Numbered from the whole stretch's first letter, positions 13,301 to 26,851 are shown. The stretch: DNA of 61,634 nt, filler included, from Diploschistes diacapsis (GCA_023645945.1; 9 parts of 9 records of this genome joined end to end with filler, not necessarily neighbours in it), one strand, 5' to 3'. Translations and numbers: made by a program. Notes: generated by a model not told the origin, from the letters alone.

Positions 13301-16300
13301 CTTGCGCCCTTCTCAGAAGGTGGCTCTGCTCCTGTGACGATGGAAAACGCCATTGAAGGATCTTCAGCGAGGGTTTCCGTTGAAAGTGGTCAATCAGATA
13401 CCCAATTAGGTCCTGAATCATTGCAAGAAGATGAATTGGCTTCTTTCGTAACTAAAAAGGACAAAAAGAAAGGCAAAAAAGCGAAATCTACAGCTATCGC
13501 TGCCGCTGCCGCCGTCGCCGTCACGGCAACACTCGTGGCCGATTCCTTCCAAGGACCGGATTCCGAAGCTGAGCCATTCTCTCGAGCTGCCTCTGAAGAG
13601 ACTCAAGAAGTTGTGGCAGATGAACCCCTGTCAAAGCCGATAAAAGATGGCCTGGCCGAGAAACAATGGGCTACATCTACTAAAAAGGCTAAAAAGGATA
13701 GTAGGGGCGAACGAGCGCAGGCCGAAGAGTTTCCCGAAGAATTACCGCGACAAAATGCAAATGTTTTGTCGACAACCGCGCCTCAACCTGAGGAGGCCGT
13801 AGCTGCGCCTTCTAAAGAATTCAATGGTCCATCGTCGAAGAAATATAAGAAGCGTAAGTCCGTTACCTTCGCAGAAGATGATGCGCCTATGGAGCCCAAG
13901 GCGGAGAACTTCGATGCTGACACTGCCGTTCCCGTGATACACCGAGGAAGCAGGCTTTTAGCAGAACCCGATTCCTCTACATTTAATTCAATCGCACAGG
14001 AACCATCTGTGGCCGATCAAAACGAACACCTGCCTACAGATGCCGAAGAATTGCTTACCGAGCCTTCCACAGGCTTAGACGGTATCGCAAAGCTCGAACC
14101 TACGGTATCTCGAGAATTGTCTGCGGAACAAGCGACTTCTATAGATGAAGGACATTTGCCTGGTACCGTTGAATTTCTCTCTCAAGAAGTCTCAGCGGGT
14201 GAGCATACTACTTTCCTGGCCGAGAATCTGGTGGAAGAAGCACCAACAAAACGTATGAACGTCGAATCTGTTATTGGCAGCGAACCGAGTAATGCTCCTC
14301 TGGAGCCGACTGAAGATGTTTCAAAGGAATCCACTGGTCAGAATATCGATATTTCTACGCCTGTCCCCATCGCAAACCAGGGTGCAGAGTCAATTGTTGG
14401 CGAAGTAAATGAGCACAAGCGTGCTCATCTAGACCCGCTCACTGTATCGGAAGAACCTGTCCAACTAGTGCGAGAATTCGAGACTAGCAGCGCTGAGCGG
14501 TTCGATGACCCTTCGAAACAGACTGCAAGGCCTGAAGATGAAGTAAGAGATGCAGTTATAAAGGAGCCAACAACGACTGATCCGGAAAGCAACTTCGCTT
14601 CCGCCAAAAGCAAGAAAGTCAAAAAGATGCGTAAAAGGAAGGAATCATTTGGTTGGGAAGATGCTCAGGAACAACCTCTGGAAAACGAGAGCAGCACCAA
14701 TGCTATGGCGCAGGAGCAAGAGCCGCCCGAGACCAGTATAGAGAAACCACTCGAAAGCGCCTCGGCAGGTCTGGACCAACCCATCAGTCAGTCAGAGAGT
14801 AAATGGCTCGAGAACCTGGCGGAGGAAAACCCTATTCCCGTGGAGAAAAAGGATAAGAAAATAGCGGGAAAGGCTAGAAAAGCCTCGTTGTTCGAAGATC
14901 CCGTGGCTAAACGCCCTTATGCGAACATTAAAACTATGACAGAGCATGAACCTCTACAAGGTCCTAACGAAATGAGAGATGAGGAAATAAAAGTGCCTTC
15001 CCCTGCGATTGAAGATATTAATGCCCGTGAGAGGTCTCTAGAAGGAGTACCTTACGAACAAATGTCGACTGAAATCCTTACACCTTCGCTTACTGATGCA
15101 CTGACCGACTCGTTCGACGCGACAGGGTTTGTTCAATCCGATAGTAAGAAAAAGAAGAGAGGTAGAAAGGGTCGGGTGGTAGACTCTGGCGAAATTCATG
15201 AGATTTTTAATGAAGTGTACACTGGTGGAATCGAAGAGACTAACGAAGATGTTCCAAATCCTCTTAATGAAACTGGTCTACTGAGAGCCAAAGAAGCAGT
15301 CAGAGGTTTATCGAAAATTCCTAATGAACCTAGTTTGCTGGAAGCTGGAGAGACCTTCAAAGATCTTTCAGAAGATAATGACGGACCTAGTCAGGTAAAA
15401 ACCGTAGAAAACTTCAACGATATTTTCGAAACCCGCGATGAACCTAGTCAACTCGAAGCCGAAGCGCAAAGTGTTGATATGGAGACCCCTACAGAGAAGC
15501 CTCAAGCTCCCCAAGAAGAACCCGAAAATGTGTGGTCGGCAGGCAAGCAAGGCAAAAAAGACAAGAAAAAGAAACGCAAGTCCTCGGCCTGGGAACCTGA
15601 AATTGAAACCCCTATGGGAGCTTCTGAAGATGTAGATTCAGCGTTTTCCGCTTCTGCGACAGCCGCTGGATTTGTGCTTGGTACTGAGGGAGCTTTAAAG
15701 GGTATACCGGCCCATCCTCAGCCAGAAGATGATGGATTTGCCTCGTCAAAAAAGGGCAAGAAAGGGAAGAAATCCAAAAAAGCAGCCCAGTGGTTTGGCA
15801 CCGAGGAGGAAACCAACCAACCGCCACAGGCTGCTTCCAATGACGTTTTCGAGCCGGTTGTCGAGCCAGTCCGAGAGGTTGGAATGGAAACTCTCCAGAG
15901 TAAGAAAACTTTCTTAGAGGAACCTAAGAAAGGCAAAAAGAGCAGGAAAAAGTCGAAAGTCTTGGATTGCGACGCAGACTCAGAAGCCAAGGCTCAGGAC
16001 CCTTATAACGACAGGTACGAGGATGGTACAACGCCGGAGCTTACTTCAGCAGTCATCAATATTCCTAGCTTACCTCCTATTGATTTAGACGGTGAGCCTC
16101 CTGCGGCAGCAGAAATCGAAGGCAAACAAGAAGTCGTTCCTATGGGAAAGAACAAGAAGGGGAAGAAAAGTAAAATGTCGAAAACATTTGATTGGGCTGA
16201 TGCGCCAGAAGCTGAAACTCCTGAGCCTGAAACTATCAACAATGAGCGGGATGTTACTTACCACCTTGTATCAGAGAGCGTATCTAATCCGGAAGTGGCC

Positions 16301-19300
16301 GTCGCAGATCCTGACCGAGAGGGACTTGAGGGTGCATTTGCACACCAGCCAGAAGAATTTCCTCTGTTCAATGACATAGAAAATGGAGAGGAGGAGCGAC
16401 AGGAATCGGAAGCTCTTGATTGGACTATTGGACCGAAAATTGAGGGTCAAGAACCAGACGTGATCGAATATGACCAAGGTCCATCGGTAGACCCAGAAGT
16501 ACAAGGAAGCCAAAGTGTCGAACCCACCATTACCGACGCCGAGCAAGAAGAATTTGAACGCGCAATGGCTGAGATGAATGAACCCAGTGCTTCCCTAACA
16601 TCAGCCCACGGTAGCGCTCTTCCATTAGAATCTATAAAGTCTATGCCCTTGGATCGGAAAGGCACAGAGGAAGATACGCAAGAATCAAATCAAGTCCAGG
16701 ATGATGTCTCCTTCCGAAACATGATGGAAGCCTCTCACGATGACGGTCCGTTACTTCTGGCATCAGAGCCGGAAATTTGGAAACTTAAGTTGCTTTCCGA
16801 AGAGAACCGGAAAGTGTATGAAGAGGATGCTGGTTACGGTGCGTCAGCGTCGACAGAGCCCCGAGACGCGTCAATGCTCGGTGAGACTGGATTTATCAGT
16901 GCAACAGAGGAACTGAATCGATCTAGAGAGACAGAGACAATAATCCCGCCTGATTCTACCGCAATAGTAGAGCCCAGCAAGGATGATTGGGAAGGCTTTA
17001 CAAGCAGCAAAAAGGACAAGAACCCGAAAAGAAAATCAAAGAAGAGCGATCAGACTCCCACTTTTGATGATGAGCCAATAGTCGAAGCGTTCGACCCGAC
17101 CACACCGACCAATGCTCTTATGGCTCACAAGTCAAAAGAGCCAGAGCCGGAATCCAATTGGCCACGGTTGAAGTCAGGTATTGCACCTTGGCTTTCAACA
17201 GAAGAGAAGGCGGCTAATGAAGGTGCTGTCACACATCAAGACACTAATACCGAGGAAATGGCTACCCGTACTGAGACCAAAATAAAGAAAGTAAAGAAGG
17301 GTAACAAGAATAAGACCTTAGACTGGACGGAAGAGCCAGATATGAAGAACCATGAGAGCACTCCTTCAAGCGCGGCTGCTGTTGCTTTTGCAGGTTTAGC
17401 AGCTGCAGAGCAAACGCACGGTGACTATTCGCTTGATCATACCGATGAGGACCAAACAATCAAGACTCAAGACGTCGCTGCAGAGAGCAAGGAAAACTCT
17501 TCTTCTGGTAATCGAGCTTTTACTGAAGCAATGGATATTGTGGAGACTGAGCCAGGCGCGGAAGCCGAGCGACAAATGAGCGTAGTGGAAGATACTGAGC
17601 CTCTGGGTGTCTCCTCCAAGAAGGGCAAAAAAGGCAAGAAGTCAAAGAAAGCTCAGGCTTTCTCCTGGGATGAGCCGGAGGCACCAACTGAAGAGCTGGC
17701 TAATCCTTTCGATCAGACGGTGCCGTACGTTGAGGAACAACCTACGACAACAGCGCCTTCCGAAGAAGCAGATGCACCTAGAGAAGAAAATCCCACCGTC
17801 GATTCATTCACATCTTCGAAGAATGCCAAAAAGAATAATAAAAAGAAGAAGAGCTCTTTCCTTCCTCGGGATGAACCAGAAGAGCAGCAGCTTGAACTTC
17901 AGGGCCAAGATGCAATCGACCAAGTACGAGATACTCTCGAGGTCTATCATAAGAAACTTGAGCCAATCCAGGAAAAGTTTGTGCACGACGCTGATCAACA
18001 ACCTACAAAAGCAGCGCCTACTCAGGAAGCAATTGTACCCAAGGAAGAAGAACCCACCCTCGATTCGTCTACGGCTTCCAAAAAAGGCAAAAAGAATAAG
18101 AAGAAGAAGAGCTCTTTCGCTGCTTGGGAAGAACAAGAGGGGGCACCTCCTGAGCCACCAGGGGAGGTAGCAACCGAGCAAGAACAAGAGACCTTCGAGG
18201 GTTATCCTAATGAGCTTAAGCTAGTTGAGAAAGTTATCGCGAGCCATGTAGATTTATCTGGAGCGACTGCTGAGTCGAATGAAGATGGGTACAGAGGATT
18301 CGACAGCGACCCTTCTGCAGATCCAGCCCCTAACCGCGGGGAAATAGCAAAAGAGCCGATTCTTGGACCCCAACAGAGTGAAGAAGCCTTCAACCCAGTT
18401 CCCGCTAAGAAGGGCAAGGAAGTCAAAAAGTCCGAGAAAGCGCCTGAATGGGAGTCACAGCAACAGGACCCGTCAGATGAGCGGACAGAGGATGTAGTCA
18501 TCGAACCAGTGGAGAGGCAAGATGCAGAATTCTTGTACGAACAACGGCCTTTGACGGCTCCGACACAGCCTCAGATCGACGAGTTTCAGCAGACACCTGC
18601 CATCGAAGAAGAGGGTTTAGCTCAAGCAGAAGATGCCAGAAATCGTGAGGTTCTTGAGACCATTACTAATCAACCTGAAGAGGAGCCTTGGGCATTCTCG
18701 GCCAAGAAGAGCAAGAAGGTAAAGAAAGGCAAAAAAGAAAAAATGACCGAAGAAGAGCCTACAGATCCATCGAGACGAACTCTCGCATATGAAGAGCCCG
18801 TGTTATCGCCAACAACTGAAGAGGCACTCAGGGACGTATCTCAAGTCCCACTTATCGTTGATGATCAACCGCAACCTACAGAGAGCCCGATACCTTTGCC
18901 ACAAGAAGAAAAGGTGGAAGCGGACGATGACTGGGCAGCTATCGGTACAGTAGGAAAAAAGAAAGGAAAGAAGGGAAAGAGACAGCAGGATATGATACCC
19001 GATGAAGTTGAAGTTGCCCCAGACAGGTCTAACTCTTTTCAACATCGCGACAAAAATCCTCCCGATCAAGTTCCAATAGGTGTCAACGATCAATCACAAC
19101 CTGCAGAGAACTCGGTGTCTTTGTCACAAGCAGAGGCAGCAGAAGTGGACGACAACTGTGCAGATTTCGGGACCCCCAAGAAGAAGAAGGGGAGGAAGGG
19201 AAAAAAGCAACAAACCATTGCAGCCGACGATGCTGGAGCTGTCCCCGTTAAAGCTGACACATCTCAACGTCTAAATGAAGAATCCTCCAACCAAGCCTTG

Positions 19301-22300
19301 ATGAAGGCTGATGATCAGCCTGGACCTATCGGAGAAGATGCACCGTTCCCACAGGAAGAAAAAGTGGAGGAAAATGATAGTTGGAGAGGCTTTGGTAATA
19401 CGAAAAAGAAGAAAGGCAAGAAAGCTAGGAGGACTGATTCGGAGACTATGGATTCGTCAGGAGCAAAAGTCAATATCGCAGAATCTATATTACCGCCAGC
19501 CGACCAACCTATCGAGGACGTGCCTAATAACCCAGTAGACGCTTCCCTTGACCTTGGAGGCATGGAGGAAGCGAGTACCTTTCCGCAAGATGAAAAAATA
19601 GAAAGTGACGACTGGACGAGTTTTGGAGCAATAAAGAAAAAGGGCAAGAAAAACAAAAGACAACAGAATATCCTTACCGTTGAACCTGAAATAATCCCTC
19701 GAAAGTCAGAGTCAACTGAAATCATCGACGAAGGCTCTTCAAAAACAATATATCAAGAGCCAGGGCGCGTAGATAATCCTATACTTGATGACACCTACGC
19801 CGATAATCAGTCATTGAGAGACGTGATGGGCCAATCGGAGCCAGACTTCGGTCTTGTAGCGTCAGCTGCTATTGTTGCCGCTCCTGGCCTACTACGACAT
19901 GAAGATTCTTTAGTCCCTCCACGGATCTCCGATTTCGAAGCAGAACCCAATGCCGAGTCTGAGTGGGACATGTCGACGACGAAGAGAGGGAAGAAGAACA
20001 AAAAGAAGAGGAAGGAAAATGCCTTTCCAGAAATCGAAGGAAATGATCCCACAGATGTTCCTATCGTCGAACCCCCTGCTGAGGACAGCCGGGATACCCA
20101 AGACTGGCAGGTGGATCATCAAAAGACCAACATCGAGCCACCTCCAGAAGGGGTTGAACAGAGGGAAACGGTGGAAGAACCTTTGATACCTGCGGAAAAT
20201 GTTGCCGAATCTGAATATGATGCAGCTGCTACTGCCACGAAGAAAGGCAAGAAAGGTAATAAGAACAAAAAGGATCGTACCCCCGCAGAAGTCGATAGAA
20301 CCATCGCTGTAGATACTACTATTTCCCTGCTTTCTGCAAGGAATAGCCAGGCAGCTCAAAAACAGCAAGTCGCTATTGAACAAGCCTCTAATGAGCCATA
20401 TCCAGAAGACGTCCAGGATAGAAAACTGGTAGAAGACCGCTCAAAGGAATTAGCGACGTCTGTTGGACCTGAAGGCGATTGGGCCGCGTCCGTTTCAAAG
20501 AGAGATAAAAAGGGCAAGAAATCCAAGAAACAAGTTTTTACGGATAACGGCTTCGCTGGTCTAGATCAAACGTCTGAGGAACAGAAGATTGACCAAGTTG
20601 CAAAAAGTGCTGCCGATCAGGGTTATTCCCGGTCTTCCAGCGTTAAGGGTGCGGCTATGGCAGCCGGTGCTGTTGGCGCAGGGATTGCTCTGTTTGAGGG
20701 CATACATCGCGCAGCATCTATTTCGGAAGAGCAGAGGCCTGAAGGAAAGGGTAGAAGAGGCTCAAGAACAGATCACGCACCAGTCCCGGTCTTTGATGAA
20801 GAGCCACAGCCCACCGTACATAAGGAAGAGCAAGCAGCTTATCAACCAGTTACTCAGGAGACCGAGCCGTCGTATAGAGACAGTGCATTGCATATGGATT
20901 CTCCAATGGTTCCAGAGCCTTCTCATCGCTACGACAGTGTGCGTGACAGCGGATTCCAAGATGAACATGAGCCGGAAACCATGGACCGACCACTTCAGGT
21001 GGATGTCGAAGCCGATCCAGCCTACACCGTCTCTATATCAAGCCCAGGACGAGGCCAACTCACGAGAGGGGATCTCGAACCTCTCTTGCCCTTTCCCGCC
21101 GATTTGGGGCAAGCTTCCCCACGACGTAGCCACTTTTATCAGGAGCCTTCTCCTGTCGACTCAACTACCAAGGGCCGCTCGACTGAGCTGTTCGGATCGT
21201 CACCATCAACCCGAGATAGTCTTCGATTCAACGAGGGGCATCTCAGTATTGACGAGATTACCTCGCCAAATCCCGGGCCACCCAGATCGCTGTTTGGCGG
21301 CCCGTCAGGAGTCAGTAGTGATTGCGACGTCGATGCCTTCCAGTCACCGCCGAGGACCCCAATAGACAATGCGACAGCGAATCGACCATTAGCGACTATT
21401 GAAGAGCGCAGTCCCGAAGACTTTCCACACATCAATAAGCCACGCCATGTCTCAGAGGTTGGCTCACCGGAGCATTCACTTAGAGGAGCTCGTCGCTCGA
21501 TCACACCGCATAGTATACCACACCACCGGGTCCGATCACCGCTTTCGGACAACCCTCGACGACTTGGGCTGATTTCCACCGATGAACTGATCTCTAGCCT
21601 TGCTTGGCCAGAGGTTGACGAAGAAAAGCACGCGGTTGACCTCGAAAGGAGCCTAAGTCGCAATACGGATAAGGACCGCAAGTCGTCCGGTCGTCAGACT
21701 CGACCGCCCTCGCTAGTGATCGATCCTAAGAAGGTCCGGTCTGCGAGCGGTGGCAGCGTAAGGTCGAACGATAGCATCAATGCTATCATCCGCTCACCAC
21801 CGCTATCAACTACAAGCACGCCACCCCTACGACGAGTCGATCGAAGTTTGAGCAGTGACCTGCGAGCAGCCAAGAGGCGGGATGAGCCGAGGAATGACCC
21901 GATTCTTAGCACCACAGACAAAACAGAGCCGGAGAAACGTGCTAAGTCCGTTGGCGAACTTCACTCGCCAAAACTCGAAGGCATCGCTTCTTCTTCAACC
22001 TATGACCCAACCAAGGACAAAGGCAAAGGTCGCATTGTTAAAATGACCGATGTATACGTAAGTGTATTCCTTGCGCTTGATCATGCCCAATCCAGTTCGA
22101 TGATTATTTGTTTGTAATAGCGCTGACAATTGCTTGCAGGAAGGGTATGGGGACTTTAGTGGCTCGCCCCGGTCGCCTACGCGACCGCAAAGCGTACGGC
22201 GCCGGCAAAGCATGCAGATACTCGACCTGGAGACCAGGCTCGACCAATTGGTATCCGAAAACAGATTACTAGTAGATGCAAAGAACAGAGCAGAGCGAGG

Positions 22301-23699
22301 CCTGGATCAAGCGACGCACGATCACAGTCAACAGCACCATGCGCTAACTGAGGCGCTTGAGACACGTGATCTCTATCTACAGCAGAAGGATGAGGAGCTT
22401 GATGATCTCAAGCGTACGCTCCAAGGTCTTCAGGATGAAGTTGGTAGGCTCAGTGAGGCGAACAAGGGCCTGCTCGATACGAGAAATGTCGAGAAGAGTT
22501 TTGAGCAACGATACCAGGATCTGGAGGAAGAGCACAACGCTGCTCGCGAACAATTAGAGGAGCAGTCGCACGAATTAGAGGAGCTCCGTCGCAAGCATAC
22601 GTCGCTCTCTGGAGGTATGGAAGGCATCGTTGCAGCGGAGGTTGCATTAGCTGTGCAGAGCAAAGATGCTGAACTCAAGCAATTACGCAGCGAGCTTGAG
22701 ACCGCCAAGCAGCAAGTCCGTAGCTTGCAACAGGAGATAATGGCTGCAAGAAGAGGCGAAGACAGTTCAGTGGAGCATGATGAAGACTACTTCGAAACCA
22801 AGTGCGAACAGCTATGCAGGCATGTTCAGCAGTGGGTAATGAGGTTTTCGAAGTTTTCCGACAACCGAATTTGCAGGATGATGGAAGAGGTCGTTGATGA
22901 GAAGATCACTGATCGTTTCGATAACGCTATTTTGGATGGCACCGATGTCGACATCTACCTTGCAGACCGTGTCAAGCGACGAGATGTATTCATGTCGGTG
23001 GTAATGTCGATGGTCTGGGAGTACATCTTTACCCGCTATCTCTTCGGCATGGATAGAGAGCAGCGGCAGAAGCTCAAATACCTGGAGAAGACCTTATCAG
23101 AGGTTGGACCACCATCCGCCGTCAACAAGTGGCGCGCAACGACTTTGACAATGCTTGCAAAGCGTGAAGCGTTTCGAACACAGCGACAATCAGACACCGA
23201 GGCAGTTCTTCTGGAGGTGTACAGCACCCTCGCTGCCTTCCTACCGCCACCTTCACATCTCGTGGATCAGATCCAAGAATCTCTCCGGAAGGTTTTATCT
23301 ACTGCCGTGGATCTATCCATTGAGATGCGTACGCAGAGGGCAGAGTACATCATGCTTCCCCCGCTGCAGCCAGAGTACAACACAAACGGTGACCTCGAGA
23401 CCAAAGTGTACTTCAACGCCGCCTCAATGAACGAGCGCAGCGGCGACACAGTAGACAACAAGGACCTCGAAGAGAACGAGGCTGTCGTTCGCATTGTGCT
23501 GTTCCCACTCGTCGTCAAGCAGGGATCCGAAGACGGGGAGGACGACGAGCGTGAAGTCATCTGCCCCGCGCAGGTGCTCGTAGCGAAGGAGGACAAGGGA
23601 GATAGGAAGGGGAAAAGGAGCGTTAGGGTAATGGGCGCGCTGGGCAACAGGACGCAGGAGAGTATCGCGCCGAGCCAGATGGAGGGTGGGTACATTTAA
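4322..23699 (+). CDS. lah: Leashin (LAH), giant Woronin-body tether protein (often annotated 'involucrin repeat protein'), ~6410 aa; 3 exons
   Basis: ATG at 4322 (MWQRVLG...). Exons 4322-10279, 10343-22057, 22140-23699 join in frame through introns 10280-10342 (GTACTA..GCTAAC..TAG) and 22058-22139 (GTAAGT..GCTGAC..CAG). Conserved N-terminal block 'LVDFFRDPDGVAQFEEYTEYIGVCRDCFEPGSSPRDAPRKHHY'. Acidic disordered middle with about 30 poly-Lys patches, many preceded by W/F. C-terminal coiled coil plus 'DEDYFETKCEQLCRHVQQWVMRFSKFSD...YLFGMDREQRQKLK...RTQRAEYIMLPPLQPEY'. Confidence 0.88.
5678..5780 (+). repeat. Three imperfect 27-30-nt tandem units encoding a His/Gln-rich tract (YQHHQSHQNS-like) in leashin
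   Basis: tatcaacatcatcagtctcatcaaaactcc / tatcaacatcaatcgcatcaagattcg / tatcaacatcatcagcctcatcaaaactca. Confidence 0.8.
10190..10225 (+). repeat. 9-nt tandem repeat x4 (AGCCGTCGC) encoding (SRR)4 in leashin exon 1
   Basis: agccgtcgc agccgtcgc agccgtcgc agccgtcgt read directly. Confidence 0.9.
12629..13168 (+). repeat. Diverged 180-nt (60-aa) tandem repeat x3 in leashin
   Basis: Units start at 12629, 12809, 12989 (Q[S/T]EP...IxKTDLxEPLP...AEENEWASxxKK). Confidence 0.8.
15266..15480 (+). repeat. Diverged 57-nt (19-aa) tandem repeat x4 in leashin
   Basis: aatgaaactggt / aatgaacctagt / gacggacctagt / gatgaacctagt at 15266, 15323, 15380, 15437. Confidence 0.65.
17738..18215 (+). repeat. Diverged ~261-nt (87-aa) duplication in leashin
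   Basis: caacctacgacaacagcgcct (17738) vs caacctacaaaagcagcgcct (17999); both continue into 'PTxDSxTxSKxxKKNxKKKKSSF'. Confidence 0.75.
18860..19760 (+). repeat. Diverged 225-nt (75-aa) tandem repeat x3-4 in leashin
   Basis: Units at 18860, 19085, 19310 (DDQP...PQEEKVExDDxWxxFGxxKKKKGKK), with a partial fourth copy from ~19560. Confidence 0.75.
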
Positions 23700-24938
23700 G
23701 AATGGTCCGGGGCGTCACACCCGGATCCTGACCTTGAGGTATCTGGCCTCCAGTAAGTTCACGAAGTGTATTTTTGCTTACGAAGTTACGACACTTGGGC
23801 TGTGGCATGTTTGTGGTGGTCTATTTCGGCGTGCATTTACGTGCTAGGGGTCTCTTTTCTGTTGCGCTTGGCGAGCGAAAAAGGTTGGTCATTAGCAATG
23901 GGTTTAACTAGGTAGATGGAGCGCAGGGCACATAATCTCTTATATAGCTAATTTCAAGATATCGTTCAAATCTCAATCGATTGCTCTTCATCTGCAGCCT
24001 TTTTAATCTTTACACCGAAACGCATTCCGAGCTCTTTCAGACCGTAGACACCGTTCATAAGTGCCAGAATAATTCCATAGCAGCAGACGGGGTGGAGCAA
24101 GACTTGCGAACAACGCTCTAGCCTTGAAAGCTTCGATCAACTTCATCGACGAACAGCAGAATGAGGCGCAGAAAGCCTCTTTTACGTCCGTCTCCCGTAG
24201 AGCTCGATAAGTATGATGCAGGATATCGTGGCTGGCGATCGCGACAAACCTTGATCCTGAAGCAGCAACTGCTTGTCGCAAAAAGGAACTCCAATTCCAG
24301 ATTGGGAGAGCCAAACCTTGTCTTAAAGAGGTCTAGCGCCCTCGGGGAACCTTGCGGACACTACAGCCATGTCTTACCACGGCATTTGCGTCCAGCGGTT
24401 CGAGCCTTCACTTCATTCGAGAATCGACGTCCACCGTGGATGTGAACTATCGATGGCTTGCGTTGCTGGACGCTAGAGCTTCTCCAGGTATCCCTTTCAC
24501 CTTTGTTTGCTGGAGCTTACTTCATATCCAAGATCTGAAAGCATCGCTTATCGCTCTTTGCTGGGCGAGCGAGCGTCGGAGTCATACTACTTTGTACAGC
24601 TATGCTGGCGACTTCATGCCATACTGCGTACATGGCTGAGGAAAACACCCGGAGCTTCCATGCGAGCCGAGTCGGACCTTGGTGAAAAGGGCTTTGCTTG
24701 GGAAAGTAAGCCGCAAGACAGCTTTGTGGCTGGTTAAGGAAAGGGTTGCCATCTCTAGAGTGGAGTCTTCTTGCTAGATGAAGCTACAGACTGCTTAGAC
24801 TGCTTGTTTCAGGAGATCAAGGTTGCTAGCTTACACGTCTTGTTACTCTTTCCTACACCTGATAAATCTGCCTCCGAGCTTCTTCATTCTGTGTTCCTTG
24901 CAACTAAATTCCTTCTGCTTCTCACCGTTGTCGTCGCC

Positions 24939-25755
24939 ATGTCGCCTACCTTTGTGTTTCTGGCTTGTCTATCCCTTTTCTCTAGTTATTGCAGTAGTCA
25001 AAACGTTGGGTTCGTTGGGCCATATGCTCAGGGTAGTTGGCCTCCTGTGACCCTTACCAATGGCGGCACCCTTTCATGCTCCTGGACAGACCCTGGATGG
25101 AACCCAATTTCTTTATCTCTGATGAACAAATGTGCTTTGACGACTGTTAACAACTATGATACCCAGTGGCTCTTACGTATGTATCTCAGCCCAAGCCAAT
25201 CGTTAAAATGTCAGTTATTGGAACGCAATACTAATACAGGATTCCCTAGGTAACGCAACCAACTTCAACTACTATAATACAACTCTCAACGTTCAAATTC
25301 CCAATGTGCAACCGTTCTGTCTCATGGTGAACGGTTCGGATCCGGCCAGCGGTGATGCTTTCTACAGTGGACAGTTTTCCATAGTCTTCCAGAGTCCTAC
25401 AACAACGCCAACTAGCCCCAGCACCCTATCTACATCTGCGATGCAGACTGCCTTAAGTACAGCTTCAGGTCCCGCCTCTGCAGGTATTTCCTCGGCAGCA
25501 GTTCTTGCCAATGCTGGCGCCAGCGCTCAAGCCGCTCACAACACAACTCTCGGATTAGGCATCGGCTTGGGTCTGGCATTACCAATTGTTGTAGCGGCAT
25601 CTGCTGTGACAACATGGTTTCTGTACCGTCGCCGATATCGGAAGACCTCTGCTAGCGGCTTGGAGTCTAGAAGCCCTAATGAGGGCGCTATATATCAGGA
25701 CGCTGGAATAGAGCAAAACTCAAAAAATAAAGTGATGAGTAGTATCCACGAGTAA
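24939..25755 (+). CDS. Small type I membrane protein (signal peptide, Cys-containing ectodomain, S/T-rich stalk, one TM helix), Mid2/Wsc-like topology, 247 aa; 2 exons
   Basis: ATG 24939 MSPTFVFLACLSLFSSYCSS (signal peptide). Intron 25177-25249 (GTATGT..CTAAT..TAG) joins the frames. TM 'LGLGIGLGLALPIVVAASAVTTWFLY' is followed by stop-transfer 'RRRYRK'. Several NxT/S sequons. Confidence 0.75.
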
Positions 25756-26751
25756 CTCGGTTACCTAGCAAGTCGAGCACAGCTCAAGTGGATCTAGAGG
25801 ATTCTTGACGGTGTTCTGATAGTGCTTCCTCCGGTTGTTCGTGGATACTCTGGAATTATATACCCCAGTCCAGCAGAGACTTTCATAACTTCTTTGCCTC
25901 ATGACGCACTCCCTTTCTGGAGGCTCTGTGGTGGCATACTAGATCTTCGCACACATTTCGAGAAGGCAACGCCTCTGCAATAGCACTACTCTAATAAGCG
26001 CTTCGGTCATTACACAAACCTTGCGAAACCTAATCAATACAGAGGTAGCACGGCATGTCCAACGTATCATAGCGATGAGACTTTCCACTACCCGAGAATG
26101 AAATGCCGTCATGGTTCCTTCTGCCCACTCTTGGCCTCACACCGGGATCTGAGGGTTTATGGCAACATCTTGTACACCTAGGCAGCTTGCTCGGACGACC
26201 AAATGCTGTCCCTCAATCCCATTATAGGCTCTCTTTCTAGATCCGACCTTCTTTATCTTTTTGTTGCTCCTAGCATTCAGTCCTCCTTCGCAGTGATGCG
26301 TCGCTTTTCTCCTTTCTTTGATTTGTAGATGTTGTCTATGCTCTTCTTGCTCCCTAACTGATCGATGTTACTTTGATTTTTTTTCCTAAGATCCTTTGGC
26401 ATAAAGGGACTGATCGCTTTCTGCTTTCTAACTTCGTACAACATCTGAACGCTCGCTCGAATACCGGATTTGCTGCGGTGGACAAGTACTCTTGATTCAT
26501 GGTTGGGGAAAAGCACGATGGCCCCTGGGAAGCAGTGCAGGTGAATCACAAAACAGCCGAGACACAAGAACGCACCGCATTCGCTACCGAATCGCTTCTG
26601 CCATCAGTACATCATTGTTCAATGCGTAGCCCGCTGCACCTCTCCTCCAAAAGCACCCTTTTACCGGAAATATCTGCCCTCCCAAAATATTTCCCTCCAT
26701 ACCTTCTTCCAATCTTTCCCTTCCACCCTCAACCCCCCTTCTACTCATCAG

Positions 26752-26851
26752 NNNNNNNNNNNNNNNNNNNNNNNNNNNNNNNNNNNNNNNNNNNNTTAAT
26801 TAATTAANNNNNNNNNNNNNNNNNNNNNNNNNNNNNNNNNNNNNNNNNNNN
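26752..26851. other. Artificial contig linker (44N-TTAATTAATTAA-44N)
   Basis: Six-frame stop cassette flanked by Ns; identical at all 8 junctions. Confidence 0.99.

Noticed and set aside
23960..24740. Protein-like fragments between leashin and the membrane-protein gene
   Set aside because: Short, frame-broken and unassignable; possibly a decayed gene but not supportable.
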